Shown one piece after another: positions 8,286 through 16,533 of a DNA stretch of 24,817 nucleotides (positions within the stretch are counted from its first letter, which is position 1; every line of letters begins with the position of its first letter). This stretch comes from a virus (lineage: Duplodnaviria > Caudoviricetes). Under the pieces are notes generated by a model. The model saw nothing but the letters and a program-made list of their open reading frames with translations. It had not been told where the DNA came from and did no database searches. The stretch covers positions 1-24,817 of IMG/VR virus record IMGVR_UViG_3300047370_000075. One strand, 5' to 3'. A program made the translations under genes and the position numbers.

Positions 8286-9464
8286 ATGTCAGATATGTTA
8301 AAGGAAAAATTTGAGGAGTTTGTAACTGAATCAGGTCTAGTTGTAGAAGCGGGCGATCCTATGCCAACAGTATCTGCAGCAGTTATTCCTGGTGGTGGCG
8401 GTTATGAAGCGTCTAGCCAGTCCAAGACCGAAGTCAACTCCAAAGCTGGAGCTGGTGAAGGTAAGGCAACTGTAGGCACTGATGCTGTCAATGGTTACGG
8501 AGCTCAACAGTCAGTCACCGACAACGGTGGTCCACGTCCAGACGGAAACGATGAGGGCGAGGATAATCCTGGTGCTAAAGCATCTGCTCCTGTTGGTGCT
8601 AAAGGCGCACAGAGCGATGGTACTGCACAGACCGCTAACATCAATGATCCTGGCGATCAGGGCAAGACTCAAACCGTTGGTGCTGACGCAGCATATGCAA
8701 CCAGCACTGGTCCTGATGTAACATATCCCATCAAACCTTCCTTTGAATCCCTTGACATGAGTGCAGATGTTGCAGCACTCACCGAAGGAACAGAACTCTC
8801 TGAAGAGTTCAAAGAGAAAGCAGCAACAATTTTTGAAGCAGCAGTCAAATCCAAACTGTCTGAAGAGTGGGCAAAACTCGAAGAGCAGTTTGAGACTCGT
8901 CTCTCCGAGCAAGTAGCAACCGTTAAGGGTGAGCTTGCAGAAGAGGTTGGCGGTACTATCAAGTACGCTATTCAAGCATGGTTAGAAGAGAACCAAGTAT
9001 CCATCGATCGTGGTATTCGTAACGAAATTACCGAAGACTTCATCTCTGGACTCAAGAATCTCTTCCAAGAGCATTACATTAACATCCCCGACGACAAAGT
9101 TGATGTTGTCGAAGGATTGACTGAAGACATTCGTAAGATGGAAGACAGCCTCAACCAACAAATTGAGCGCAACGTGAAACTTCAAGGTCGTCTAGATGAG
9201 ACTGCAAAAACTGTAATTCTGAACGTTGTTTCGGAAGGATTGGCAGATACTCAAAAAGACAAGCTGGCATCTCTAGCAGAAGGCGTAGAGTTTGAATCTG
9301 AAGAGAAGTTTACAGAGAAGGTTAAGACCCTCCGTGAATCATACTTCCCAGCAAACCCTGCTTCCCCTGCTGTAGAAGCTACTGACGAAGCACCAGTCGA
9401 AGGCGAAGAGGTATCCCCAGCAATGGCACAGTACCTCCAAGCAATTAATCGCTGGAATTCCTGA
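8286..9464 (+). CDS. gp22: Prohead core scaffold protein gp22
   Basis: Acidic coiled-coil C-terminal part with LSEEFKEKAATIFEAAV and TLRESYF. Low-complexity N-terminal ~150 aa. Lies between gp21 and gp23. Confidence 0.95.
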   Translation: MSDMLKEKFEEFVTESGLVVEAGDPMPTVSAAVIPGGGGYEASSQSKTEVNSKAGAGEGKATVGTDAVNGYGAQQSVTDNGGPRPDGNDEGEDNPGAKASAPVGAKGAQSDGTAQTANINDPGDQGKTQTVGADAAYATSTGPDVTYPIKPSFESLDMSADVAALTEGTELSEEFKEKAATIFEAAVKSKLSEEWAKLEEQFETRLSEQVATVKGELAEEVGGTIKYAIQAWLEENQVSIDRGIRNEITEDFISGLKNLFQEHYINIPDDKVDVVEGLTEDIRKMEDSLNQQIERNVKLQGRLDETAKTVILNVVSEGLADTQKDKLASLAEGVEFESEEKFTEKVKTLRESYFPANPASPAVEATDEAPVEGEEVSPAMAQYLQAINRWNS

Positions 9465-9503
9465 TAATAATTTTATAAATTTTCCTTACCCTAACAAGCT
9501 AAA

Positions 9504-10910
9504 ATGTTTAACGCAGAAAAGCTTCAGGAAAAGTGGGCACCTGTTCTAGGTCACGAAGGCTCCTCGCCTATCGGAGACCGTTATAAGAAGGCTGTCACCT
9601 CTGTCCTCCTGGAGAACCAAGAAAGATTCATGCGCGAAGAGCGCGGCATGCTAAACGAAGTTGCAGTTAACAGCCTAGGCGCTGGTACTGTTTCTCCTGC
9701 TGGCAGCGCACTCGGCAACGCTAACACTGCAGGTCTTGCAGGTTTCGACCCTGTACTGATCTCCCTCGTCCGTCGTGCAATGCCTAACCTGATGGCATAT
9801 GACGTATGTGGCGTCCAACCAATGTCTGGTCCTACTGGACTTATCTTCGCAATGCGTTCCCGCTACGAGAACCAAGGCGGCGAAGAGGCATTGTTCAACG
9901 AGCCCGACACTGGATTCTCTGCTGCACACGACGCTTCTGCTGGAGCTTATACTCCTAGAACTGGCGCTGGTGTTGGTGGCGATTCCGAAGGCAACAACCC
10001 TTCACTCCTTAACGACTCCTCCCCTGGAACCTACGAAGTAGGTCGTGGCATGAGCCGTGAGAACCTGGAGAAGATGGGCGAAGCTTCCCGTCTGTTCCGT
10101 GAGATGTCATTCAGCATTGAGAAGACTTCTGTGACTGCAAAGTCCAGAGCACTCAAAGCAGAATACACCTTGGAACTGGCACAAGACCTCAAGGCGATCC
10201 ATGGTCTGGATGCAGAGCAAGAACTTGCTAACATCCTTTCTAGCGAAGTTCTCGCAGAAATCAACCGTGAAGTCGTCCGTACTGTCTACACAGTTGCAAA
10301 GAAAGGTGCTCAAAACAACGTTGCTAACGCTGGCATCTTCGACCTCGACGTTGACTCCAACGGCAGATGGTCTGTTGAGAAATTCAAAGGACTTCTCTTC
10401 CAGATCGAGCGTGACGCTAACGCAATCGCACAAGAGACTCGTAGAGGAAAGGGCAACTTCCTGATCTGTTCTGCTGATGTCGCTTCGGCACTGGCAATGG
10501 CAGGAGTTCTCGACTACAGCAGCGGTCTAACTGGCGCTGGTGGTCCTTCCATCGGTGATGTTGATGACACTGGTAACCTCTCCGTAGGTACTATCAACGG
10601 TCGCATCAAGGTCTACGTTGATCCTTATGCAGCGAACCTCTCCGACAAGCACTACTATGTTATCGGTTATAAGGGTACTTCCCCTTATGATGCAGGTCTC
10701 TTCTACTGCCCCTATGTACCTCTCCAGATGGTACGTTCTATCGATCCTGATACCTTCCAACCAAAGATTGGTTTCAAGACTCGTTACGGCATGGTCAGCA
10801 ATCCTTTCGTCACCACCAACGGTGCATACAACGGCACCCCCGATGGCGAATCGCTCACCGCAAATGCAAACATGTACTACAGACGTGTACAAGTCACAAA
10901 CCTCATGTGA
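9504..10910 (+). CDS. gp23: Major capsid protein gp23
   Basis: GVQPMSGPTGLIFAMR, ELAQDLKAIHGLDAE, FYCPYVPL and FQPKIGFKTRYG. Confidence 0.99.
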   Translation: MFNAEKLQEKWAPVLGHEGSSPIGDRYKKAVTSVLLENQERFMREERGMLNEVAVNSLGAGTVSPAGSALGNANTAGLAGFDPVLISLVRRAMPNLMAYDVCGVQPMSGPTGLIFAMRSRYENQGGEEALFNEPDTGFSAAHDASAGAYTPRTGAGVGGDSEGNNPSLLNDSSPGTYEVGRGMSRENLEKMGEASRLFREMSFSIEKTSVTAKSRALKAEYTLELAQDLKAIHGLDAEQELANILSSEVLAEINREVVRTVYTVAKKGAQNNVANAGIFDLDVDSNGRWSVEKFKGLLFQIERDANAIAQETRRGKGNFLICSADVASALAMAGVLDYSSGLTGAGGPSIGDVDDTGNLSVGTINGRIKVYVDPYAANLSDKHYYVIGYKGTSPYDAGLFYCPYVPLQMVRSIDPDTFQPKIGFKTRYGMVSNPFVTTNGAYNGTPDGESLTANANMYYRRVQVTNLM

Positions 10911-10929
10911 TTCATCACCAGGTTTACAC

Positions 10930-10955
10930 AGCGTCCCTTCGGGGGCGCTTTTTTT
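10930..10955 (+). terminator. Rho-independent terminator after gp23
   Basis: GCGTCCC-TTCG-GGGGCGC stem with a C(UUCG)G loop, followed by T7. Confidence 0.93.
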
Positions 10956-10963
10956 ATGTTTTG

Positions 10964-10971
10964 AATAAATA
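10964..10971 (+). promoter_or_regulatory. T4-like late promoter just after the terminator
   Basis: AATAAATA 26 nt upstream of ATG 10998. Confidence 0.75.
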
Positions 10972-10997
10972 GATGTTAGAATTTACTATGGGTTATT

Positions 10998-11666
10998 ATG
11001 CCATCCCTAGAAGAAGCGAAAGCACAAGCAGACGCTAGACGAGCAGCAAAGAAAGTAGAACCATCAACAGAGACAGAGACAAAGAAACCGTCAACGTTCA
11101 AGATTCTTATCGGAACTATTGGTGCGTTGTTTGCTGTATCACACATCGGTCTGATCGGATATGTAATTCACAGACCAGAAGAACCAACTGTACCACAGGT
11201 TCCAACCATCAACATTCCTCGTGGTGACTATTCATCTTACAGTATCAAAGCAGGTAAGGACGGATACCAGATTGAATACAAAGCAAACGATCCTGCTATT
11301 CTAGAATCAGAAAAATCACTTCGACTCAATCAAGAGAGGAAGGGATTCTTTGGTCGTGGTGGTACTGAAATGCGTGACGAGTATCGCAGAGACCAGTACA
11401 CCATGGATGGCACTCGCAACATCGGAGGTGAAATAGGTGAAGTGGGAAAGACAGGAGGTGTCAGCGCCGAGTGTATCGCGGCGGACGCTGGAGCACGATC
11501 TCAAGGTGCGATGGCAGGTAGTGCTATAGCTGCTGGTGTCGCCGTCCCAGCGGTCGCTAGCATCCCCTACGTGGGTTGGTTAGCAGGTGGATGGGCACTT
11601 CTCCTAGGACAGAAGGCAGGGTCATCTCTAGGATCCACTGTAGGAGGGGTCTTTAACGACTGCTAA
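10998..11666 (+). CDS. Hypothetical membrane protein with a C-terminal glycine-zipper hydrophobic hairpin
   Basis: Hydrophobic segment ILIGTIGALFAVSHIGLIGYVI. C-terminal GAMAGSAIAAGVAVPAVASIPYVGWLAGGWALLLG...GSSLGSTVG bracketed by the only two Cys. Confidence 0.85.
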   Translation: MPSLEEAKAQADARRAAKKVEPSTETETKKPSTFKILIGTIGALFAVSHIGLIGYVIHRPEEPTVPQVPTINIPRGDYSSYSIKAGKDGYQIEYKANDPAILESEKSLRLNQERKGFFGRGGTEMRDEYRRDQYTMDGTRNIGGEIGEVGKTGGVSAECIAADAGARSQGAMAGSAIAAGVAVPAVASIPYVGWLAGGWALLLGQKAGSSLGSTVGGVFNDC

Positions 11667-11669
11667 ATA
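11663..11669 (+). promoter_or_regulatory. T4-like late promoter for gp3
   Basis: CTAAATA overlapping the upstream stop, 20 nt before ATG 11690. Confidence 0.7.
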
Positions 11670-11689
11670 GTAGTGCTTGGGAAGTTGAC

Positions 11690-12202
11690 ATGACTGCTGA
11701 TTGGTACAAGAAACAACCATCCAATAGAAACTTTCTATCCCCAACAGGTTTTACCTTTCGGATGGAAAGATTTGAAGGGGTGGATTTTTTCTGTCAATCA
11801 GCAAGCATTCCTGATGTAAACATGCCAGTTGTCGAAGTGGCAACACCGTTCAGAAGTGCCCCCATTATCCCTGGCGGTGGTGTAGAATATGGAGACCTGT
11901 CATTGAGATTCATCATTGATGAAGACCTCAAGAATTACATGTCCGTTTGGAATTGGATTAGAGACTACGGTAACGCAGATTCATTTGCAGGAGAACCAGA
12001 AGGATATTCTGATGGGAACCTCATGATTCTGACATCAAATTTCAATCCACAGTTTATTGTGAACTTTGAGAATTTGATTCCAGTATCTCTAACCAGCATA
12101 CCTTTTGATGCCACGGTCAGTGAAGTTGAATTCTTTACTGCAACTGTCACCTTTAAGTATCACAGGTACACAGTGAATGATTTGTCAATGCAACCTTTAT
12201 GA
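11690..12202 (+). CDS. gp3: Tail tube terminator / tail completion protein gp3
   Basis: NRNFLSPTGF, FFCQSASIP, LRFIIDEDLKNY and FFTATVTFKY, consistent with a gp19-like fold. Usual position before uvsY in cyanomyophages. Confidence 0.88.
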   Translation: MTADWYKKQPSNRNFLSPTGFTFRMERFEGVDFFCQSASIPDVNMPVVEVATPFRSAPIIPGGGVEYGDLSLRFIIDEDLKNYMSVWNWIRDYGNADSFAGEPEGYSDGNLMILTSNFNPQFIVNFENLIPVSLTSIPFDATVSEVEFFTATVTFKYHRYTVNDLSMQPL

Positions 12203-12672
12203 ATTTCAACTCCTTACATCAACGCTTCCAATCAATTAAGGAAGAGTGGACCAAAGATACACAAATCGATTTTCAATTTAAGAACAAACAATACTCTGAA
12301 GATCTGGCACGTCTTGCGTTGGAGATCCCTTTCCAGCACAATAAATACTTAAACCATTACACAGATCTCTCACAAATTAAAACCTCACTGGAGTTTGAAT
12401 ATCGTAAACTCCTACGAGATAAGAGAGAATACTACGGTGGAGAAGCTGACGCTAAAACCTACGCCGAAAAACCTTTTGGTACTAGTATTAAGACATCAGA
12501 AAAGATGAAGGTGTATCTGGAGTCAGATGACGAACTCATCAACACCGAGGCAAAGGTCAAGTACATTGATCAAATGTTATACTTCCTCGATCATGTGATG
12601 AAGCAAATCTCTAACAGAGGTTTCCAGATCAAGAGTGCTATTGAATGGGAAAAATTTATTAATGGAAACTAA
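12199..12672 (+). CDS. uvsY: Recombination mediator UvsY
   Basis: Helical protein with REYYGG and C-terminal KQISNRGFQIKSAIEWEKF. Adjacent to uvsW. Confidence 0.9.
   Translation: MNFNSLHQRFQSIKEEWTKDTQIDFQFKNKQYSEDLARLALEIPFQHNKYLNHYTDLSQIKTSLEFEYRKLLRDKREYYGGEADAKTYAEKPFGTSIKTSEKMKVYLESDDELINTEAKVKYIDQMLYFLDHVMKQISNRGFQIKSAIEWEKFINGN
12340..12347 (+). promoter_or_regulatory. Possible internal late promoter for uvsW
   Basis: AATAAATA inside uvsY. T4 uvsW is a late gene. Confidence 0.4.
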
Positions 12673-14132
12673 TGTCTCAACTAGTTGTCAAGAAAAAGAA
12701 TGAGGTCTATCTACAGATCTCATCGGAACCTCATGTCCATCGTGAATTGGCAGACTACTTCTCCTTTGAATTACCAGAGGCAAAGTTTCTAAAGCGTCAA
12801 CCACGATACAGATACTGGGATGGAATGATCCATCTGTACTCACCTGGTACAGGTGAACTGTATCATGGTCTCTTGTCACACCTCAAAGAGTGGTGCAAAG
12901 AGAGACAGTACGCTATCCGATACGAGGATAATGACTGGTATGGTGAGGTAGAGGTGGAGAACGATTTTGTTTCTCCCCCTGCTGTTGCAGATTACATGAA
13001 ACATATCTGTAAGTATAAGCCTAGAGATTATCAGTACATGACTGTGTACAAGGCGCTCAAGAATAACAGAGGGTTATTTTTGTCACCGACAGGATCTGGT
13101 AAATCCCTTATGATTTATTCCATCGTTCGCTATTATGCATCGGCGGGTAAGAAGATTCTACTGATCGTTCCTACGACTTCTTTGGTAGAACAAATGATAA
13201 AGGATTTTAAGGACTATGGATGGAATGCAGACGAATTCTGTCACACCATATACTCTGGCAAGGATAAAAATACGGATAAACCAGTTGTTATTTCAACCTG
13301 GCAATCAATCTACAAGTTTCCCAAAAGATACTTTGACGACATTGACTGTGTTATCGGTGACGAAGCACATTTATTTAAGGCAAAGTCACTCACAGGTATC
13401 CTCACCAAACTCCACAACGCCAAGTATCGTTTCGGTTTCACAGGGACCCTCGATGGTAGCAAGACTCATAAGTGGGTCTTGGAGGGTTTGTTTGGTGCAT
13501 GTGAACAGGTTACGAAGACAGATTCGCTTATTAAGAAAGGGTTCCTTTCTAACCTACGGATCAAGATCCTAGTTTGTAAACATGATTACAAATACTTCGC
13601 TGATTACCATGAGGAGATGGACTACATTGTAGCACATGAGAAGCGAAATAACCTAATCAAAAATCTTGTCAACGATATTGAAGGCAACACATTAGTTCTC
13701 TTTAACTATGTGGAAAAGCATGGTGACCCTTTATACGAACTAATAAATAATTACATTAGTGACGACAGAAAAGTATTCTTCGTCCATGGTGGTACTGATA
13801 CCGAGGACAGGGAACAAGTAAGGGCAATCACAGAATGCGAATCTAACGCTGTCATCATTGCATCTTACGGTACGTTTTCCACAGGCATCAACATCAAAAA
13901 ATTACATAACATCGTATTTGCTTCTCCTTCCAAATCTAGAGTAAGGAACTTACAATCAATTGGTAGAGTCCTACGTAAAGGAGATGGAAAAGATATTGCT
14001 ACACTGTATGATATCGCTGACGATATCTCTGGTCGTAAAGATAACTATACGTTGAAACATCTTTACGAAAGAGTAACAATATATCAGGAAGAGAACTTTA
14101 AGTACGAAACTATAAACATAGACTTAAGGTAA
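12672..14132 (+). CDS. uvsW: SF2 RNA-DNA/DNA helicase UvsW
   Basis: SPTGSGKS, DEAH, TGT and QSIGRVLR helicase motifs. TAATG coupling to uvsY. Confidence 0.97.
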   Translation: MSQLVVKKKNEVYLQISSEPHVHRELADYFSFELPEAKFLKRQPRYRYWDGMIHLYSPGTGELYHGLLSHLKEWCKERQYAIRYEDNDWYGEVEVENDFVSPPAVADYMKHICKYKPRDYQYMTVYKALKNNRGLFLSPTGSGKSLMIYSIVRYYASAGKKILLIVPTTSLVEQMIKDFKDYGWNADEFCHTIYSGKDKNTDKPVVISTWQSIYKFPKRYFDDIDCVIGDEAHLFKAKSLTGILTKLHNAKYRFGFTGTLDGSKTHKWVLEGLFGACEQVTKTDSLIKKGFLSNLRIKILVCKHDYKYFADYHEEMDYIVAHEKRNNLIKNLVNDIEGNTLVLFNYVEKHGDPLYELINNYISDDRKVFFVHGGTDTEDREQVRAITECESNAVIIASYGTFSTGINIKKLHNIVFASPSKSRVRNLQSIGRVLRKGDGKDIATLYDIADDISGRKDNYTLKHLYERVTIYQEENFKYETINIDLR

Positions 14133-14134
14133 GT

Positions 14135-14518
14135 ATGGAAGACGAATTCTATGCAACAGTAAAACTAACATCTAATGAAGAAATTATTGCTAAAGTATGT
14201 TACTTGACTGAAGAAGACTGTTTACTTGTAGAGAAACCTTTACTAGTAACTAGAGCAAATCAAAAAAGGAATGGTAGATTAGTAGAAGGATTCTCATTAA
14301 GTGATTGGGTAGTTAGTTCTTATGAAGAACTATTCATTATAAAAATGAATCAAGTAGTGACTCTAACAGAGTCAGATGAAAGGATAGTAGGTTTCTATGA
14401 ACGTCATTTAAGTGATGAACAAGATTCATCTATAAGTAAGATGTCAAAAGAAATGGGATATCTAGGTAATGTTAATGATCAAAAGAAAAAATTAGAGAAG
14501 TTATTTAATAATAGTTAG
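14135..14518 (+). CDS. Hypothetical protein, possibly Sm-like fold, unusually AT-rich
   Basis: 127 aa, ATVKLTSNEEIIAKV pattern of beta-rich small phage proteins. Two sampled 60-nt lines gave 17/60 and 12/60 G+C. Confidence 0.75.
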   Translation: MEDEFYATVKLTSNEEIIAKVCYLTEEDCLLVEKPLLVTRANQKRNGRLVEGFSLSDWVVSSYEELFIIKMNQVVTLTESDERIVGFYERHLSDEQDSSISKMSKEMGYLGNVNDQKKKLEKLFNNS

Positions 14519-14562
14519 TAATTAATTAATAGCTATAATGATCTTGAACCCTTGACAGAGTT

Positions 14563-14591
14563 ATTCTATAGGTGTTAGGTGTATTTGTCAA
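14563..14591 (-). promoter_or_regulatory. Antisense sigma70-type promoter (TTGACA-N17-TAGAAT)
   Basis: + strand TGTCAA 14586-14591 and ATTCTA 14563-14568, exactly 17 bp apart. Points back into the AT-rich ORF and uvsW. Confidence 0.7.
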
Positions 14592-14616
14592 GCCCCTATG
14601 GAAAATGGTGTTGAGG

Positions 14617-14645
14617 TTGACATTAAGTACATTCTGTACTATACT
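14617..14645 (+). promoter_or_regulatory. sigma70-type promoter for the gp55-gp47-gp46 operon
   Basis: TTGACA 14617-14622, 17 bp spacer, TATACT 14640-14645. Confidence 0.88.
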
Positions 14646-14666
14646 GTCTGAAGCAAACGGTATGGT

Positions 14667-15224
14667 ATGAAGAAAACCAGAACAAAGACAGAGTATTACG
14701 TAAACAACAAGGAGTTCCTTGCTGCCGTGATTCTGTTGCGGGATTTCTTCCTGGATGGTGAACGTCTGGGACATAAGTCATACCTTGAATCTATCAGGTA
14801 CTACCGTACCCATAGAGATAGAAGAACAACGGTCAAGTTTAAACGATGTTATGAATACCTAGGTGATTGCTTCTCCAAGATTGCTACACACCTATCATAC
14901 AAACCAAACTTTGTCAACTACATGTTCAGAGAGGACATGATTTGCGATGGTGTGGAGAACTGTATTCAATACATCCTTAACTTCGATCCAGAGAAATCTT
15001 CTAACCCGTTTGCTTACTTCACCCAGATCATCTACTATGCTTTCCTTCGTCGCATTCAGAAAGAGAAGCGTCAGTTAGAGATCAAGAGTAAGATCCTAGA
15101 GAAGTCTGGACACCAGGAGATCATGCACACAGACACGTATGATGGTGACATGGCAGGCATGAATGCCTCTTACTCCGACATGGGTAGCATTAAAGAAAAC
15201 ATTGAAACAAGAATGAACAGATGA
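14667..15224 (+). CDS. gp55: Late transcription sigma factor gp55
   Basis: YVNNKEFL, KIATHLSYKPNFVNY and NPFAYFTQIIYYAFLRRIQKEK. Upstream of gp47. Confidence 0.96.
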   Translation: MKKTRTKTEYYVNNKEFLAAVILLRDFFLDGERLGHKSYLESIRYYRTHRDRRTTVKFKRCYEYLGDCFSKIATHLSYKPNFVNYMFREDMICDGVENCIQYILNFDPEKSSNPFAYFTQIIYYAFLRRIQKEKRQLEIKSKILEKSGHQEIMHTDTYDGDMAGMNASYSDMGSIKENIETRMNR

Positions 15225-16264
15225 CTATTGCACTTATTACTGATCAACATCTCGATGGTCGTAAGGGTAGTCAGGCATTCTGGAATTACTTCCTCAAGTT
15301 CTATGAGGATGTGTTCTTCCCTACACTAGAAAAGAAAGGAATCAAAGAGATCATCGATCTAGGTGACACGTTTGATAACCGCAAAGCAATTGACTTCAAT
15401 GTCTGGAACAGGATCCGTGCTCACTACTTTGATCGCCTAGAAGAGATGGGTATCACTGTACACACAATCCTGGGTAACCACTGTGTGTACTACAAGAATA
15501 CAAACTCCATCAACTCTCCTGACCTGCTGCTAGGTAACTATGACAATATTCGTGTGTACGATGAGGTGTGTACTGTTACTATTGAGGGCACGAGAATTTG
15601 TTTTGTCCCTTGGATCAATAGGGAGAACGAAGCGTCCACGATGGAACATCTCCAGCAGACAGATGCGAAAATTGTGATGGGTCACCTTGAACTTGATGGG
15701 TTTGAAGTGACACCAGGCATGAAGATGGAGCACGGTATGGACCCCAAGGTCTATAAGAACTTCAAGCAAGTCTTCTCTGGTCACTTTCACCACAAGTCAA
15801 GCAAGGGTAACATCACATACCTTGGCAATCCTTACCAGATGTTCTGGAATGATTACGCTGACCAACGTGGATTCCATCTCTACGAACCAGCAACAAACAA
15901 ACTTCGCATGGTCAAGAATCCATATGACATCTTCAAGAAGGTCTTCTACAACGATGTAGATAAGGACATGGTTCTAGACTACACCGAGTACAAAGATACC
16001 TTTGTCAAACTGGTTGTGGAAGAGAAGCGTGACTACTACAAGTTTGAGAAGGTTGTGGAAAACCTGTACAATGCAGGTGTGCATGACATCAAAGTTGTAG
16101 AGACTCTGGTTGATGAAGACAACGTAGAGGAACCAGACCTGGAAGTCAAAGACACACTGACATTACTCAATGAGTACATCGATGAGGTAGAGATGACCGT
16201 AGAGAAATCTGACCTGAAGAAACTGATGAGATCGCTATATATTGAAAGTTGCGAGATGGTCTAA
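15221..16264 (+). CDS. gp47: Recombination nuclease subunit gp47 (Mre11/SbcD-like)
   Basis: Metallophosphoesterase motifs TDQH, DLGD, GNH, MGH and SGHFH. Confidence 0.97.
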   Translation: MTIALITDQHLDGRKGSQAFWNYFLKFYEDVFFPTLEKKGIKEIIDLGDTFDNRKAIDFNVWNRIRAHYFDRLEEMGITVHTILGNHCVYYKNTNSINSPDLLLGNYDNIRVYDEVCTVTIEGTRICFVPWINRENEASTMEHLQQTDAKIVMGHLELDGFEVTPGMKMEHGMDPKVYKNFKQVFSGHFHHKSSKGNITYLGNPYQMFWNDYADQRGFHLYEPATNKLRMVKNPYDIFKKVFYNDVDKDMVLDYTEYKDTFVKLVVEEKRDYYKFEKVVENLYNAGVHDIKVVETLVDEDNVEEPDLEVKDTLTLLNEYIDEVEMTVEKSDLKKLMRSLYIESCEMV

Positions 16265-16533
16265 TGTCTTACATCTTAACTCTCAAGGACAAGCCAGAAG
16301 GTGTGTTCTCTATAGTCGATAGAGATAGTGGAGACCACGTTGTGCCGATCTTTGATGAGTTGGATGACTGTGAGCGTTATGCCATTCAGTTGACCGAGTG
16401 TGAGACTGGACTGCAGTTAGCATTGGTAGAAATAGACAAGAATTTAATAGTAGGAGCATGCGAGCAGAGAGATCAAAAGTATGCTATAATCACAGTGGAC
16501 GACTTCATTATACCCCCTGACGAATTTCCATGA
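16264..16533 (+). CDS. Small hypothetical protein between gp47 and gp46
   Basis: Likely start is ATG 16264 (TAATG coupling to gp47). ATGA overlap with gp46. Confidence 0.75.
   Translation: MSYILTLKDKPEGVFSIVDRDSGDHVVPIFDELDDCERYAIQLTECETGLQLALVEIDKNLIVGACEQRDQKYAIITVDDFIIPPDEFP
16482..16490 (+). promoter_or_regulatory. Extended -10 promoter candidate for gp46
   Basis: TGcTATAAT, about 40 nt upstream of the gp46 ATG, inside the small ORF. Confidence 0.5.

Noticed and set aside
8511-8975. 154 aa minus-strand ORF and other antisense/alternate-frame ORFs over gp17-gp23
   Set aside because: Shadows of strongly biased + strand genes, with no motifs, RBS or promoter.
9474-9481. TATAAATT before gp23 as a late promoter
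   Set aside because: Final base departs from the TAAATA core seen at all other sites. It cannot be excluded, but gp23 can be read from the 8239 promoter.
14552-14580. + strand TTGACA as a second gp55 promoter
   Set aside because: No acceptable -10 at 16-18 bp (TTAGGT/TAGGTG). Kept only as one arm of the inverted repeat.
14526-14774. 82 aa minus-strand ORF
   Set aside because: Overlaps gp55 and starts upstream of the antisense promoter, so that promoter cannot express it. No motif.
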